Sequence record: SRR20825019_2174
Strand: one strand, 5' to 3'
DNA length: 40,519 nucleotides
Position numbers and translations under genes: made by a program. Shown here piece after piece: positions 9,757 to 19,886 of this stretch; the stretch's first letter is position 1; every line of letters starts with the position of its first letter. The notes under the pieces were generated by a model. It made no database searches and was not told the origin of the DNA. It was given only the letters and a program-made list of their open reading frames with translations.

Positions 9757-10758
9757 ATGAAAGCGTTTCGTATTTTCCTTCTGGCGTCTGCAGGTCTGGT
9801 CAGCGCCAGCGCTGCAGCGGCGCAGGAGCCGGTCAAGGCCGTCGCAACCATCAAACCGGTCTATTCGCTCTTGTCCTCGATCACCGAAGGTACAGATACC
9901 GAGACATCTCTGCTGGTCAAGGGATCGGCCTCCCCACACACCTACAACATGTCGCCTTCCGATGCGCGCGCGCTTCAAAACGCCAATGTCGTCTTCTGGA
10001 TTGGACCCGCGCTCGAGCATTTCATGGAAAAGCCACTGGCAGCGCTAAGCGGCGATGCCCAGGTTGTCGAACTTGAAGACGCTTCCGGCGTCGAAACGCT
10101 TGAGCCCCGTGAAGGTGGAACATTTGACGCTCATGATCACGACCACGGCGAGCATCACGATGAGGCCGATCACGACGATCACGACCATGAAGAGCATGAC
10201 CATTCTGATCATGATGAAGAAGCGCATCACGATCACGGCGAAATCGACCCGCATATGTGGCTGGATCCCGAAAACGCAAAGGCTTTCGCCGCGGCAATGG
10301 CCGAGACGTTGGCGGCAGCCGACCCGGACAACGCTGCGACCTACCTCGAAAACGCTTCGAAACTGGACGACAGGCTGGACGGGCTGACCACCGAAATCAA
10401 AGGCCAGTTCGCCGGCGTTGAAGCAAAGCCCTACATCGTTTTCCACGATGCCTATCACTATTACGGCAATCGTTTTGGCGTGGAAGCTTCCGGCTCGGTC
10501 ACCGTCAACCCGGAAGCGCCGCCGAGCGCTGCGCGCATCCGGGAAATTCAGAACAAGATTCAGGAATTCAACGTCGCCTGCATCTTTTCCGAGCCGCAAT
10601 TCCCGCCGAAAGTCATCAATGCTGTCATCGAAGGCACAGACACCCGTGTCGGCACACTTGACCCGATGGGCGCCGGTCTTGCGGATGGCCCCGACCTTTA
10701 CTTTCAGCTTCTGGAAAACCTGACCGGCAATCTGACCGATTGCTTCGCTGCCCAGTAA
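9757..10758 (+). CDS. znuA: Zinc ABC transporter periplasmic binding protein
   Basis: Signal peptide, SPHTY, His/Asp/Glu-rich loop, DPHMWLDP, FHDAY, EPQF and LDP motifs. Confidence 0.96.
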   Translation: MKAFRIFLLASAGLVSASAAAAQEPVKAVATIKPVYSLLSSITEGTDTETSLLVKGSASPHTYNMSPSDARALQNANVVFWIGPALEHFMEKPLAALSGDAQVVELEDASGVETLEPREGGTFDAHDHDHGEHHDEADHDDHDHEEHDHSDHDEEAHHDHGEIDPHMWLDPENAKAFAAAMAETLAAADPDNAATYLENASKLDDRLDGLTTEIKGQFAGVEAKPYIVFHDAYHYYGNRFGVEASGSVTVNPEAPPSAARIREIQNKIQEFNVACIFSEPQFPPKVINAVIEGTDTRVGTLDPMGAGLADGPDLYFQLLENLTGNLTDCFAAQ

Positions 10759-10812
10759 CAACAGAGTTTGCCGCCCGGCAACAGCCTGGCGGTTTTCAAT
10801 GACCGCATACAG

Positions 10813-10851
10813 AAACACCCGCAGAAGCGCCGCTGCTTCTTGCGGGGTTTT
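10813..10851. terminator. Terminator-like hairpin between convergent znuA and aldo/keto reductase genes
   Basis: AAACACCCGCAGAAGC...GCTTCTTGCGGGGTTTT imperfect stem. Confidence 0.65.
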
Positions 10852-10879
10852 GTCTCTCACAATGTCCTGTGTGCAGACA

Positions 10880-11938
10880 CTATTTCTTGCGTGCGGGGCC
10901 TTTGCGCTCGGCAGATTTTGCCCAGAGATTGACGTTCGAGTCTTCGGCATACCGGTCGATTTCGGCCAGTTCCGCATCAGTGAAGTCAGGCTTGTCAAGT
11001 GCTGCCACGCAATCGCTAACCTGTTCGGGGCGGCTTGCACCGATCAGCGCAGTTGTCACCCGGCCACCGCGCAGAGCCCAGGCAAGCGCCATCTGTGCCA
11101 GCGTCTGTCCGCGGCGCTCGGCAATCGCATTCAGCGCACGAATACGCTCCAGCGTCTCATCATTCAGGAATGCCGATTGCAACGACTTACCCTGCGCTGC
11201 ACGGCTTTCTTCGGGAACACCGTTCAGATATTTCGAGGTGAGCATTCCCTGAGCCAGAGGCGAAAACACGATGGAACCGAGTCCAAGCTCTTCCAGAGTA
11301 TCCAGCAGACCATCATCTTCCACCCAACGGTTGATCATGGAATAACTTGGCTGATGGATCACAAAGGGCGTCTTCAACTCTTTCAGAATTGCATAGGCTT
11401 CGCGCGTACGCTGGGAGTTATAGGAAGAAATCCCCACATAAAGCGCCCGGCCGGATCGCACGATGTGATCCAGCGCCATCATTGTTTCTTCAAGCGGCGT
11501 GTCCGGGTCGAACCGATGTGAATAAAAGATATCGACGTAATCCAGCCCCATACGCTTCAGAATCTGATCACATGAGGCAATGAGGTATTTGCGGCTTCCC
11601 CATTCGCCGTACGGTCCCGGCCACATGTCGTATCCCGCCTTTGACGAGATGATCATCTCATCGCGCAAGCCGGCAAACTCTTTCTTCAAGATGGAACCAA
11701 AAGCAATTTCGGCACTACCAGGTGGTGGGCCATAGTTATTTGCCAGATCAAAATGAGTGATCCCGTGATCAAATGCCGTCCGGCAGATGGCGACCTTGCG
11801 CTGACGTTCTGTATCATCGCCAAAATTATGCCAAAGACCAAGCGATATGGCTGGCAGCTTCAATCCTGACCGGCCACAGCGATTATATTTCATCGTGTCG
11901 TAACGTTTTTCAGACGGTTGCCACGTCATTTTATCCAT
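10880..11938 (-). CDS. Aldo/keto reductase, L-glyceraldehyde 3-phosphate reductase (YghZ/MgrA-like)
   Basis: LPAISLGLWHNFG, FDLANNYGPPPGSAE, SSKAGYDMWPGPYG, YSHRFD. Start at 11938 or 11929. Confidence 0.93.
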   Translation of the reverse strand: MDKMTWQPSEKRYDTMKYNRCGRSGLKLPAISLGLWHNFGDDTERQRKVAICRTAFDHGITHFDLANNYGPPPGSAEIAFGSILKKEFAGLRDEMIISSKAGYDMWPGPYGEWGSRKYLIASCDQILKRMGLDYVDIFYSHRFDPDTPLEETMMALDHIVRSGRALYVGISSYNSQRTREAYAILKELKTPFVIHQPSYSMINRWVEDDGLLDTLEELGLGSIVFSPLAQGMLTSKYLNGVPEESRAAQGKSLQSAFLNDETLERIRALNAIAERRGQTLAQMALAWALRGGRVTTALIGASRPEQVSDCVAALDKPDFTDAELAEIDRYAEDSNVNLWAKSAERKGPARKK

Positions 11939-12098
11939 CCTGACAGTTTATCATTAAGTAAAGTCGTCTCCGGCGAAGGTCCGGCCGACCGGATAGTGGC
12001 CAGCCAGAATGCCAGCGAAAACGTTGTTCATAAATCCGGAAACACCACACCTTGCCATGCTTTCATGCTTACAACGTGAATGTCGTTCACACATTGCG

Positions 12099-13232
12099 TC
12101 AACGCAAGAGCGCCGAAGCCGCCTTGGCATCAAGGGCCGCTGGCTGGGTGCATGTGGTCGAAAGGTCGATAAAGGCACCGGTTTCGCCTGACTTCAATAT
12201 CCCGGCCATCACGTCGACACCATGCAAAGCCCGTTCCAGCGAGCACCGCGGATCGCGTCCCTCAATCAAAGCCAGCGCCATATCGGCCAGTCCCGCTGTG
12301 CGGTAATTCGCCCGTCCGCCTTTCTCAAAATCCTGATTGACAACACTGAAGGGGTGTTCCCACTCAGGCAGTGGCGCAATCCTTCCGTCCCGTCCAGCGG
12401 CTTCAACCTTGCCGCCAAAAAAATTCGGGTCCGGCACGAAGAGCGAACCCTCTGTGCCGTAAAGCTCCATATTGCCATGCCGGTGGGCCCACACATCCCA
12501 ACTGGCGGAAAGTGTGATGCTCGCCCCGTTCTCAAACGAAAGCAACGCATGAATATCGGTCGGTGTCTTAACCGGGATTGTCTCGCCGTTTCGTGGTTCG
12601 CTGGTGATTACCCGGGTTTCAGTTGCCATTGCGGTCAGTGCCGCAACCCTTTTTACAGGGCCGATCAGATTGATCAGATTGGCGATATAGTAAGGCCCGA
12701 GATCCAGCACCGGCCCACCACCGGGCAGAAAAAAGAAGTCCGGGTTTGGATGCCACATCTCCATGCCGTGACTCATCACATGGCACGTGCCAGCGGTAAT
12801 CCGCCCAATACCGCCCTGATCAATATGCCGCCTCGCAAGCTGATGCGCACCACCTAGAAATGTATCCGGCGCACAACCAACGGAAAGCCCCTTCGCAGCG
12901 GCAAGGCGACTTAACTCCTTGCCTTCATCCAGCGAAAGCACCAACGGCTTTTCTGAATAAACATGCTTTCCGGCTTCCAGAATGCGCTTCGACATTTCGA
13001 AATGCGCGGCCGGGATTGTCAAATTGACAATCACATCAATCTCATCGTTGGCGAAAAGAGCATCAACGCTTTGAGCAACGACTCCGAATTCAACAGCCCG
13101 CGCTTTGGCGGCTTCAGGGTTGATGTCGGCGCATGCCAGCACCTTAAGCCCTTTGAAAAGCGGCGTAAGCTTGAAGTAGGTCGCAGAAATATTACCGCAT
13201 CCAAGGATGCCGACCCCAAGTTCCTTTGTCAT
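12099..13232 (-). CDS. Gfo/Idh/MocA family oxidoreductase
   Basis: GILGCGNIS Rossmann fold, KHVYSEKP and GGPVLDLGPYY. Confidence 0.93.
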   Translation of the reverse strand: MTKELGVGILGCGNISATYFKLTPLFKGLKVLACADINPEAAKARAVEFGVVAQSVDALFANDEIDVIVNLTIPAAHFEMSKRILEAGKHVYSEKPLVLSLDEGKELSRLAAAKGLSVGCAPDTFLGGAHQLARRHIDQGGIGRITAGTCHVMSHGMEMWHPNPDFFFLPGGGPVLDLGPYYIANLINLIGPVKRVAALTAMATETRVITSEPRNGETIPVKTPTDIHALLSFENGASITLSASWDVWAHRHGNMELYGTEGSLFVPDPNFFGGKVEAAGRDGRIAPLPEWEHPFSVVNQDFEKGGRANYRTAGLADMALALIEGRDPRCSLERALHGVDVMAGILKSGETGAFIDLSTTCTQPAALDAKAASALLR

Positions 13233-13252
13233 GTCCCCTCCCGAGAGATACT

Positions 13253-14014
13253 TCAGAAAGTCTGGAACGACGCGATCGAGCGATCAATGAAGCGATCAAT
13301 ATCGTTCGGATTGTCATGCTCCACAACATAATGACGGATTGGCATCGATTTCAGCACTTTCATAAGGCCGCGCCAGTCCATCGTGCCGTGTCCGACATCG
13401 GCCCAGCCGTCCTCATCTTTATTCTCCCCGTCTTCGGCAATGTCTTTCACATGAACCGAAGAAATGCGTTCCTTTAGGAACTCAACCCAGAAGTAAGGGT
13501 CCGCCCCGCCGCGAACGACCCAGGCAAGATCAGCCTCCCACGCCAGTGATGGTCCACCCTGCATCAGGTGTTTCATTGGCATTGAACCATCCGGCAGTGC
13601 CCTGAACTCGAAATCGTGATTATGCCAGCCAAAGGTCAGCCCGGCAGCCCGCAAAGATGCCCCCGCATTTTCCAGGCGCGCCCCGAACTCAAGCCAGCCT
13701 TGCGCGGTATCGGGCCGGTCATCGGGCAGGAGAAACGGGCAGAAAATACTGTCCATTTTAAGCGCGGAAGCGATTTCAATCACGCGATCTGCATCGTTTT
13801 CGAGCATAGCCAGGCTGAAATGGCCGGTCGGCATGGAAAGGCCGATGGCGTTCAGATCATGCGCCAGCCGCTTCAGGCTCGCCTCATCCAGATCATCATA
13901 AAGCGCACCATAGCCTTCAACCTCGCCATAACCAGCAGCAGACAATTTCTGAAAGATCGTCGAGAATGGCTGATAATTGCGCGCGCTGAAAAGCTGAAAA
14001 CCCAGTTTTGTCAT
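13253..14014 (-). CDS. Sugar phosphate isomerase/epimerase (xylose-isomerase-like TIM barrel)
   Basis: WHNHDFEF, EADLAW, HVKD, GHGTMDW and VEHD metal motifs. GGAGG RBS. Confidence 0.9.
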   Translation of the reverse strand: MTKLGFQLFSARNYQPFSTIFQKLSAAGYGEVEGYGALYDDLDEASLKRLAHDLNAIGLSMPTGHFSLAMLENDADRVIEIASALKMDSIFCPFLLPDDRPDTAQGWLEFGARLENAGASLRAAGLTFGWHNHDFEFRALPDGSMPMKHLMQGGPSLAWEADLAWVVRGGADPYFWVEFLKERISSVHVKDIAEDGENKDEDGWADVGHGTMDWRGLMKVLKSMPIRHYVVEHDNPNDIDRFIDRSIASFQTF

Positions 14015-14206
14015 GTTTTCCTCCCGTGCCGTTTAAACCTGCCGGAGACCTCCATCTGCACACGACAACTGCCTTTTCAGACATTCGCGGTGCAATTCTC
14101 CTCAAGGCACATCAAGCAATAAAAGGCTTCCGCAAGAGATTTACAACTCCCTTCCCCAATTATTTCAGCCTTCTCTCAGGCCACGGAGTTTTCTCTCGAC
14201 AAGATA

Positions 14207-14222
14207 TCCGCAACGTTTCAGA
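14207..14222. promoter_or_regulatory. Candidate LacI-family operator
   Basis: TCCGCAACGTTTCAGA, imperfect palindrome with central AACGTT, between the divergent LacI and isomerase genes. Confidence 0.5.
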
Positions 14223-14388
14223 ATGCGCTAGGGGAGCACCAGACAAAAATCGGATGTGGCGGATTGAACTTAGTTTCGCCATTCGCAGAAGTGCCGGGCA
14301 AAGCCCGGTCATTTTTGCATTTCGCGCTATCATGCCAAAACTGAAGCGTGTAATCGAATCAGAAAACGCGAGGGAGGGGGAAGATAAT

Positions 14389-15432
14389 TTGAAGGAACCC
14401 AGACACATATCCGGGATGGCCCGGCAGGAAGAGCCGCGTGGCCGCCCCACACTGAAAACGATCGCCTATATGACCGGTCTGGGGATTACCACCGTTTCAC
14501 GCGCGCTCAAAGACGCGCCGGATATTGCCGAACAGACCAAAGAACGTGTGCGTCTGGTTGCCAAACAGCTTGGGTATATGCCCAACCGGGCAGGTGTTCG
14601 CCTGCGCACCGGAAAAACCAATGTGATTGCCCTCCTTCTTTCGATGGATGAGGAAATTATGGGCATGACCAGCCAGATGATATTCGGCATATCGGACGAA
14701 CTGTCAGGAACCCCCTATCATCTGGTCTTGATGCCGCAGCCGCCGGGTGCAGACCCGATGACGCCAGTGCGTTACGTATTCGACACCGGCTCGGCCGACG
14801 GTATCATCATTTCGCGCATTGCACCGGATGACGCCCGCGTGCGGTTTCTCCTGGAGCGAAACTTTCCGTTTGCCGCACATGGACGCATGGAAACCTGCGC
14901 CGACTTCCCCTTCCACGACTTCGATAACGAAGCCTACGGTTACGAAGCAGTGGAAAGACTCGTTCGCCAGGGGCGCAAGCGCATCATCGCACTGCAACCA
15001 CCCGGACACCTGACCTACTACCGTTATTTCAGAAACGGTTTCGAAAAAGGACTCCGCACCTTCAAGGCAGAAGAAATCCCCCTCACCTCGGTCAACACGG
15101 ATTCATCCCTGGTCGAGATTCGCGACAGCATTGGCACATTGCTGAATACGTCGGACAAGCCGGACGGGATCATTGCATGTTCCGGAGGTGGAGCTGTTTC
15201 AGTCCTTGCCGCGATCAAAGTGGCCGGATTAACGCTGGGAAGAGAAATTGATCTGGTTTCCAAACAACCAGCCGATTTTCTGAACTGGATCAACCCTGCG
15301 GTCATCACGATGAGTGAGGATTTCCGGCAGGCAGGCAGAGAGCTTGCCAAAGCTGTGCTGGAACGCATCAATGATCCATCTTCACCGCCACATCATAGCA
15401 TCAGCGAGCCAGACTGGAACAAGCCGTTTTGA
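14389..15432 (+). CDS. LacI family transcriptional regulator
   Basis: HTH TLKTIAYMTGLGITTVSRAL, hinge YMPNRAGVRL and sugar-binding domain. Likely start TTG 14389 after GGAGG or ATG 14416; the ORF-track start 14008 looks over-extended. Confidence 0.94.
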   Translation: MKEPRHISGMARQEEPRGRPTLKTIAYMTGLGITTVSRALKDAPDIAEQTKERVRLVAKQLGYMPNRAGVRLRTGKTNVIALLLSMDEEIMGMTSQMIFGISDELSGTPYHLVLMPQPPGADPMTPVRYVFDTGSADGIIISRIAPDDARVRFLLERNFPFAAHGRMETCADFPFHDFDNEAYGYEAVERLVRQGRKRIIALQPPGHLTYYRYFRNGFEKGLRTFKAEEIPLTSVNTDSSLVEIRDSIGTLLNTSDKPDGIIACSGGGAVSVLAAIKVAGLTLGREIDLVSKQPADFLNWINPAVITMSEDFRQAGRELAKAVLERINDPSSPPHHSISEPDWNKPF

Positions 15433-15496
15433 GATTAAACCGGATGGGCTTCAAACCCGTTTTCATGGTCTGTGAAACGCTCCGGGCTGTTTGCTT

Positions 15497-15910
15497 TCAG
15501 GCGTTATCACGCACCATAGCTGATGCGGGCAAAGGCCGTGTCAAGACATAGGCTGCGCAAGAAAGCAGGATCACGCCGATCACGGCCTGCAACCACAGGT
15601 CAACAGGGCTGAAGATCAACACTGAGAGCAAGCTGGCTGCCATTGCGGTTACGGCCATCAGCTTTGCAGGTAGCGAAATCGCTCCCTCCTGCCGCCAGGC
15701 CAAAAGCGAGGGGCCGAAATGAGGGTGGTTAAGCAGCCGTGCTTCCAAAGCGGGTGAAGAACGAGCAAAAGCAGCTGCCGCCACAAGCAGGAAAGGGACT
15801 GTCGGAATGACAGGCAAGACTGCCCCCACAACGCCACAGGCGACCATGATCCAACCTGCGGCCAGATACAACAAGCGCTTCAAACCGAAAACTCCCAACT
15901 TACCAACCAT
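15497..15910 (-). CDS. YbaN (DUF454) family inner membrane protein
   Basis: GAVLPVIPTVPFLLVAAAAFARSSP...LLNHPHFGP...W pattern. Confidence 0.9.
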   Translation of the reverse strand: MVGKLGVFGLKRLLYLAAGWIMVACGVVGAVLPVIPTVPFLLVAAAAFARSSPALEARLLNHPHFGPSLLAWRQEGAISLPAKLMAVTAMAASLLSVLIFSPVDLWLQAVIGVILLSCAAYVLTRPLPASAMVRDNA

Positions 15911-16046
15911 GCCAAAATAAGCAAAAAATGCCCCACTTCCAAGTCAGGTCGGTATTAAATAGAACAAGACAGGCTTTTTTGCGGCAATTCGCCCCGAACG
16001 CCCCCAATCCGTGCTGGTGTGCGCCACTGCTCAAAAGCCACTTTCC

Positions 16047-19000
16047 CTAGCGCTGCTCGACTGGCTGCCCGATCTCCGGCACATTTTTAAGGATGCTTTC
16101 GATCAGAGCATCGCTATTGCCGCTCTGGTTGGCTGCCTGCTCTTCCGCTTTGCGGCGCTCTTCTTCTTCACGCTGACGCTCCGCCTCTTCGCGTTCCCGC
16201 TGAAGCTGGCGCTGTGCTTCATTGTAACGATAGAGAGTGGATTCGCGGCGCAATCTCTGCTTTTCAAGAATATCGGACTGAAGCCTTTCAACACGCGCAC
16301 GCTCCCGCTCCACAGCACGCAGGGCAAGGTAGTTGTTCATTTCTGTCAGATCCAGACTGCGCTCCGGATCAGAAAGCGGGCCGTCGAAGCTGACTGTAAA
16401 ATCGGCGCTGGAACCAATTCCCTCATCATCGAGCTTCAACGTCGCGTCCAGCCTTGCCTCGGTTTCAAGCGTAGAAAGGTCGGTGCGGGCGGCTGCATAG
16501 AGGCTGGCCTGCGGCAGATCAACCAGGATATTCCGCGCCTGAAAAACCCCATCGGAGATGTTGAATGGAATATCGACATCTCCGACCGTCAGGTTGTTGT
16601 CACCGAAAATCAGTATGGGGAGTTTTTCGGCGATTTTCTCGCTGTCGATGGCAGTGCCCTCTGCATCAGCCCAGTTCAACAACGCATCGCCGAAAGAAAG
16701 ATTCAGCCCGTGAACGGTAAGGTTTCCAAGTTTCAACATGCCCGAACCACTTGCCCTGGAGACAAGCCCGGCAGGGGTTTTCGCCGTCGTTTCGACAACC
16801 AGCCCCAGATCAAACCGCCCGTCAGCAACCCGCATACCTTTGTCGGACCAGAGATTGTCCGGCAGCGCTGCATCACTCAGATTGATCGCACTCTGAAAAT
16901 AGCCGTTTCCATCGGTATTGCCAATGCGCATATTCCCGGAGAGCTCACCATCCAGCCAACGCCCGCTGATATTATCCATCGACAAGGCACCGCCACGGAA
17001 ATGCACCGTGCCACTCATGCCTGTCACGGGATCGAAAAGCCCGGTATCGAAGCTGCCGGCCTGAACCTCGATATCGGCTTCTGCCGTACCGAAATAGGCT
17101 GACCCGAAGGGCTCGTGCGAAAGCTTCGCCTGTCCCTCATCGAAGCCGGGGCCGAATACACTTTCCAGAAGCCAGCCGAGATCAAGGCGATCCATCGAGA
17201 GCACCCCATTCAATCGTGAGACAGGTTCGCCACGCTGAAAGTCCAGATGCCCGGCAACAGCATTGTCATCAACGCGGCCGTCAATGGCCGAGAAAGCAAA
17301 CTGCCGCTTTGAGATATCCAGCGAAGCTTTCAGCGAGATCGGCAGGCCGAATTCCGTTCCCGGTGCGGCAAAGGCATTCATCGCCAGATAGGGCTCAAGA
17401 TCGGGGCTTGCCAGAGACACATTATAACGGCCATTCAGGAACCCGTCGGCAGCCAATAGACCATTGCCCGATGCTGCGAACCGCGTTTCTCCGCTATTGA
17501 TCCGCAGCGAAAGCGACGCCTGAGGCTCCCCGCTGCGCCGTTCCACCGAAAGCGAGGCCTGCGCCCCGGCAGGCGCAGGAATCGGTAGTGGCGACAGCCC
17601 TGTCTGCCCGAACAAGACCGCTGCATTCGGATTGGAAATTTGCAACTGGCCGCTCATACCGCTTTCGGCATCCAGGCCATCGAGGCTCAAGGAACCGGCG
17701 ACCCTGCTGCCATTGACGCCTCCGCGAAACACCAGCGAGCCTCCGCCGTTATTACCGAAGGTGAAGTCGCCGCTGAGGTCAGTATCACGATACCATATTG
17801 CATTGCGCTCAAGCGCACTGAGTATCGGATGCTCAGGAATATGCTTTTCCAGCATGGTCACAAAGCTTGAGATTTCATCAGCGGAAAGCTCCACTTTCAG
17901 GGAGCCAGAAAGCACGCCATCAGATGATGGGCTCCCCTGCCCCGACGCCGTCAGTTGAACACCGGCAAGATCACCAATTGAAAGATGCTCCACTGAAAGC
18001 GCACCATCATTATAAGTGAAAGCGGTATCGACATCGCCTGCAGAAAAGTTCAGGGCATTCAGAGTATCAGCCTTCAGCCTTGCCGAAATCCTGTGATCGG
18101 CCAGCCCGCTGTCAATGCCATCACCGACCATCAGGCCAGCAAGCGCCTTCAGTGTTGCATAGTCGATGACATTGCCCTGTAAATCGAGATCAAGCGTGGA
18201 TCTGTGGCCTTCACCGTTCGTCAAAACCAGAGAGCCATCCAGAACCCCGTCACCTGCAACGATCTGGAGATTATCAAACGCCTGCCTGCCGCGCCTGAAG
18301 TCGACATCAGCCGAAAAGCCGGCACGGTTCAGTTCCCGGATTTCAGGCCCGACCTTTCCAGTCAGCCATTTGGAAAGGCCTGTCGGCTGACGTGAAGCAA
18401 CCAGCAGCGCCCCGGAGAAACCGACATCGTTATTGTCGGAAAGATCAAGACGACCGGAAGCTTCGACCTGCGTACGCCCCGGCACCACCGCAGAGCCGCT
18501 GTTGATCAGCCAGCCGTCACCATCAGGTTCGGCATCAAGCACCACGTCGCGTACGGTGGTATCACCGGCAACGAGCGCAGGCAGACGGAAAGTCACCTTG
18601 CCCGGCATTTGCGGAATAGGAACGCTACGCAGGAAGCCGGTCAGCATATCAAGGCGCTGTCGCGCACTTTCAGCCGACACCCGCCCTTTCTTGGTATCAA
18701 TGGCATATTCCGACAGACGCTCGACGTTGAACTGCTGTCCGTCAGCTGTCAGCAAAAAAGTCCCGCCGGGGCGCGTATCAAAACCGGCCTCGCCCGCAAT
18801 CACATAAGGGTCTGTTCGCGGGCCGATTTCAAGGCGATAGTCCGGCACCCCGAAACGCTCACTGGTCAGTTGAAATGTTCCACTGGCGCGCGGCGGGGGC
18901 ACGCGATCAGTCGGGTCGATGGCCTGTTCAGGCGGGAGAACCCGAAACCGGAAATCTCCTGCATAAACCGGCTTTCCGTCTTCCAGTGTCACATCGCCCT

Positions 19001-19673
19001 CAAGCGCTGAGGAAACCGGCCACTCGGCAGGATCGAGATTCAACCGCAACCGCATGGCACCGGTTTCGGGATCTGGCTGGCCGGTCAGTATCGTAAACGC
19101 TCCGGGATGACCATCCAGAACCGCGTCCCCCGTTACCCGCCAAGGCCCCTCAATGGCATTTGCGGAAAGCGTGGCATTGATGTCCGACAGGCGATGGTCA
19201 CGACCGCTTGCGGTATCCAGAAGACGAACCTCACCGCCATTCACCGTCACGTCTTCGAATACGACCCTGCGCGGCTGAAAAGCAGCATTGCCGGTGCGGG
19301 TCCAGTCCAGCGCTCCGTCTTCGTCAAGAGTCAGATTGAAGACCGGCCGATCCAGTTCCATCTTGAAAATGCGGATTTCACCGCTCAGCAAAGGTGCCAG
19401 CTCTGCATCCATGGAGAATGCATTGGCGTAAGCCAGCGCATTTTTGCCAGCACCGCGACCAACGCGCACATCATGCATTGTGACCGAGGGGAACGGCAGG
19501 AGACGCACATCGACATTGCCGACCACTTCGACTTTCTTGCCGATCGCACGGCTCGCCTGCCTCTCGAATTCCTGACGGAAGTGGCTCCAGTCGATAAAAT
19601 AGGGAACCAGCAACGCCGCGAACAGGATGAGAACCAGCAGTCCACCGATAAAAACAAGTATCCGTCCCAGCAA
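16047..19673 (-). CDS. AsmA family protein (large, 1208 aa)
   Basis: N-terminal TM anchor followed by PYFIDW...LLPFPSV, a long beta-strand-rich Gly/Asp body and a C-terminal charged coiled coil. Confidence 0.85.
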   Translation of the reverse strand: MLGRILVFIGGLLVLILFAALLVPYFIDWSHFRQEFERQASRAIGKKVEVVGNVDVRLLPFPSVTMHDVRVGRGAGKNALAYANAFSMDAELAPLLSGEIRIFKMELDRPVFNLTLDEDGALDWTRTGNAAFQPRRVVFEDVTVNGGEVRLLDTASGRDHRLSDINATLSANAIEGPWRVTGDAVLDGHPGAFTILTGQPDPETGAMRLRLNLDPAEWPVSSALEGDVTLEDGKPVYAGDFRFRVLPPEQAIDPTDRVPPPRASGTFQLTSERFGVPDYRLEIGPRTDPYVIAGEAGFDTRPGGTFLLTADGQQFNVERLSEYAIDTKKGRVSAESARQRLDMLTGFLRSVPIPQMPGKVTFRLPALVAGDTTVRDVVLDAEPDGDGWLINSGSAVVPGRTQVEASGRLDLSDNNDVGFSGALLVASRQPTGLSKWLTGKVGPEIRELNRAGFSADVDFRRGRQAFDNLQIVAGDGVLDGSLVLTNGEGHRSTLDLDLQGNVIDYATLKALAGLMVGDGIDSGLADHRISARLKADTLNALNFSAGDVDTAFTYNDGALSVEHLSIGDLAGVQLTASGQGSPSSDGVLSGSLKVELSADEISSFVTMLEKHIPEHPILSALERNAIWYRDTDLSGDFTFGNNGGGSLVFRGGVNGSRVAGSLSLDGLDAESGMSGQLQISNPNAAVLFGQTGLSPLPIPAPAGAQASLSVERRSGEPQASLSLRINSGETRFAASGNGLLAADGFLNGRYNVSLASPDLEPYLAMNAFAAPGTEFGLPISLKASLDISKRQFAFSAIDGRVDDNAVAGHLDFQRGEPVSRLNGVLSMDRLDLGWLLESVFGPGFDEGQAKLSHEPFGSAYFGTAEADIEVQAGSFDTGLFDPVTGMSGTVHFRGGALSMDNISGRWLDGELSGNMRIGNTDGNGYFQSAINLSDAALPDNLWSDKGMRVADGRFDLGLVVETTAKTPAGLVSRASGSGMLKLGNLTVHGLNLSFGDALLNWADAEGTAIDSEKIAEKLPILIFGDNNLTVGDVDIPFNISDGVFQARNILVDLPQASLYAAARTDLSTLETEARLDATLKLDDEGIGSSADFTVSFDGPLSDPERSLDLTEMNNYLALRAVERERARVERLQSDILEKQRLRRESTLYRYNEAQRQLQREREEAERQREEEERRKAEEQAANQSGNSDALIESILKNVPEIGQPVEQR

Positions 19674-19886
19674 CCCAGAGCCCTTTCAGTCAATTCAGGG
19701 GCATTTTAGCAATCATAACCGGCAATCGTTTTGAGAAACATCCATCCGGCCCCATTCTTTCAAGAAGCTGTATCAGCGCAACACGAAGCTGCATTGACCT
19801 GCCGTAAGCCGTCTCCTGTGGAAAAACCATGAAACACGGCAATTGAAGCTGCTTGCCTTATAGCGGAAATGAACGGCACCGGCCAA

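Noticed and set aside
10045-11040. 331-aa minus-strand ORF
   Set aside because: Antisense to znuA, overlaps the reductase out of frame and crosses a terminator.
14008-14388. 127-aa N-terminal extension of the LacI regulator
   Set aside because: It covers the divergent promoter region, and an RBS lies just before TTG 14389.
16011-17102. 363-aa plus-strand ORF
   Set aside because: Antisense shadow of the asmA gene with no recognisable motif.
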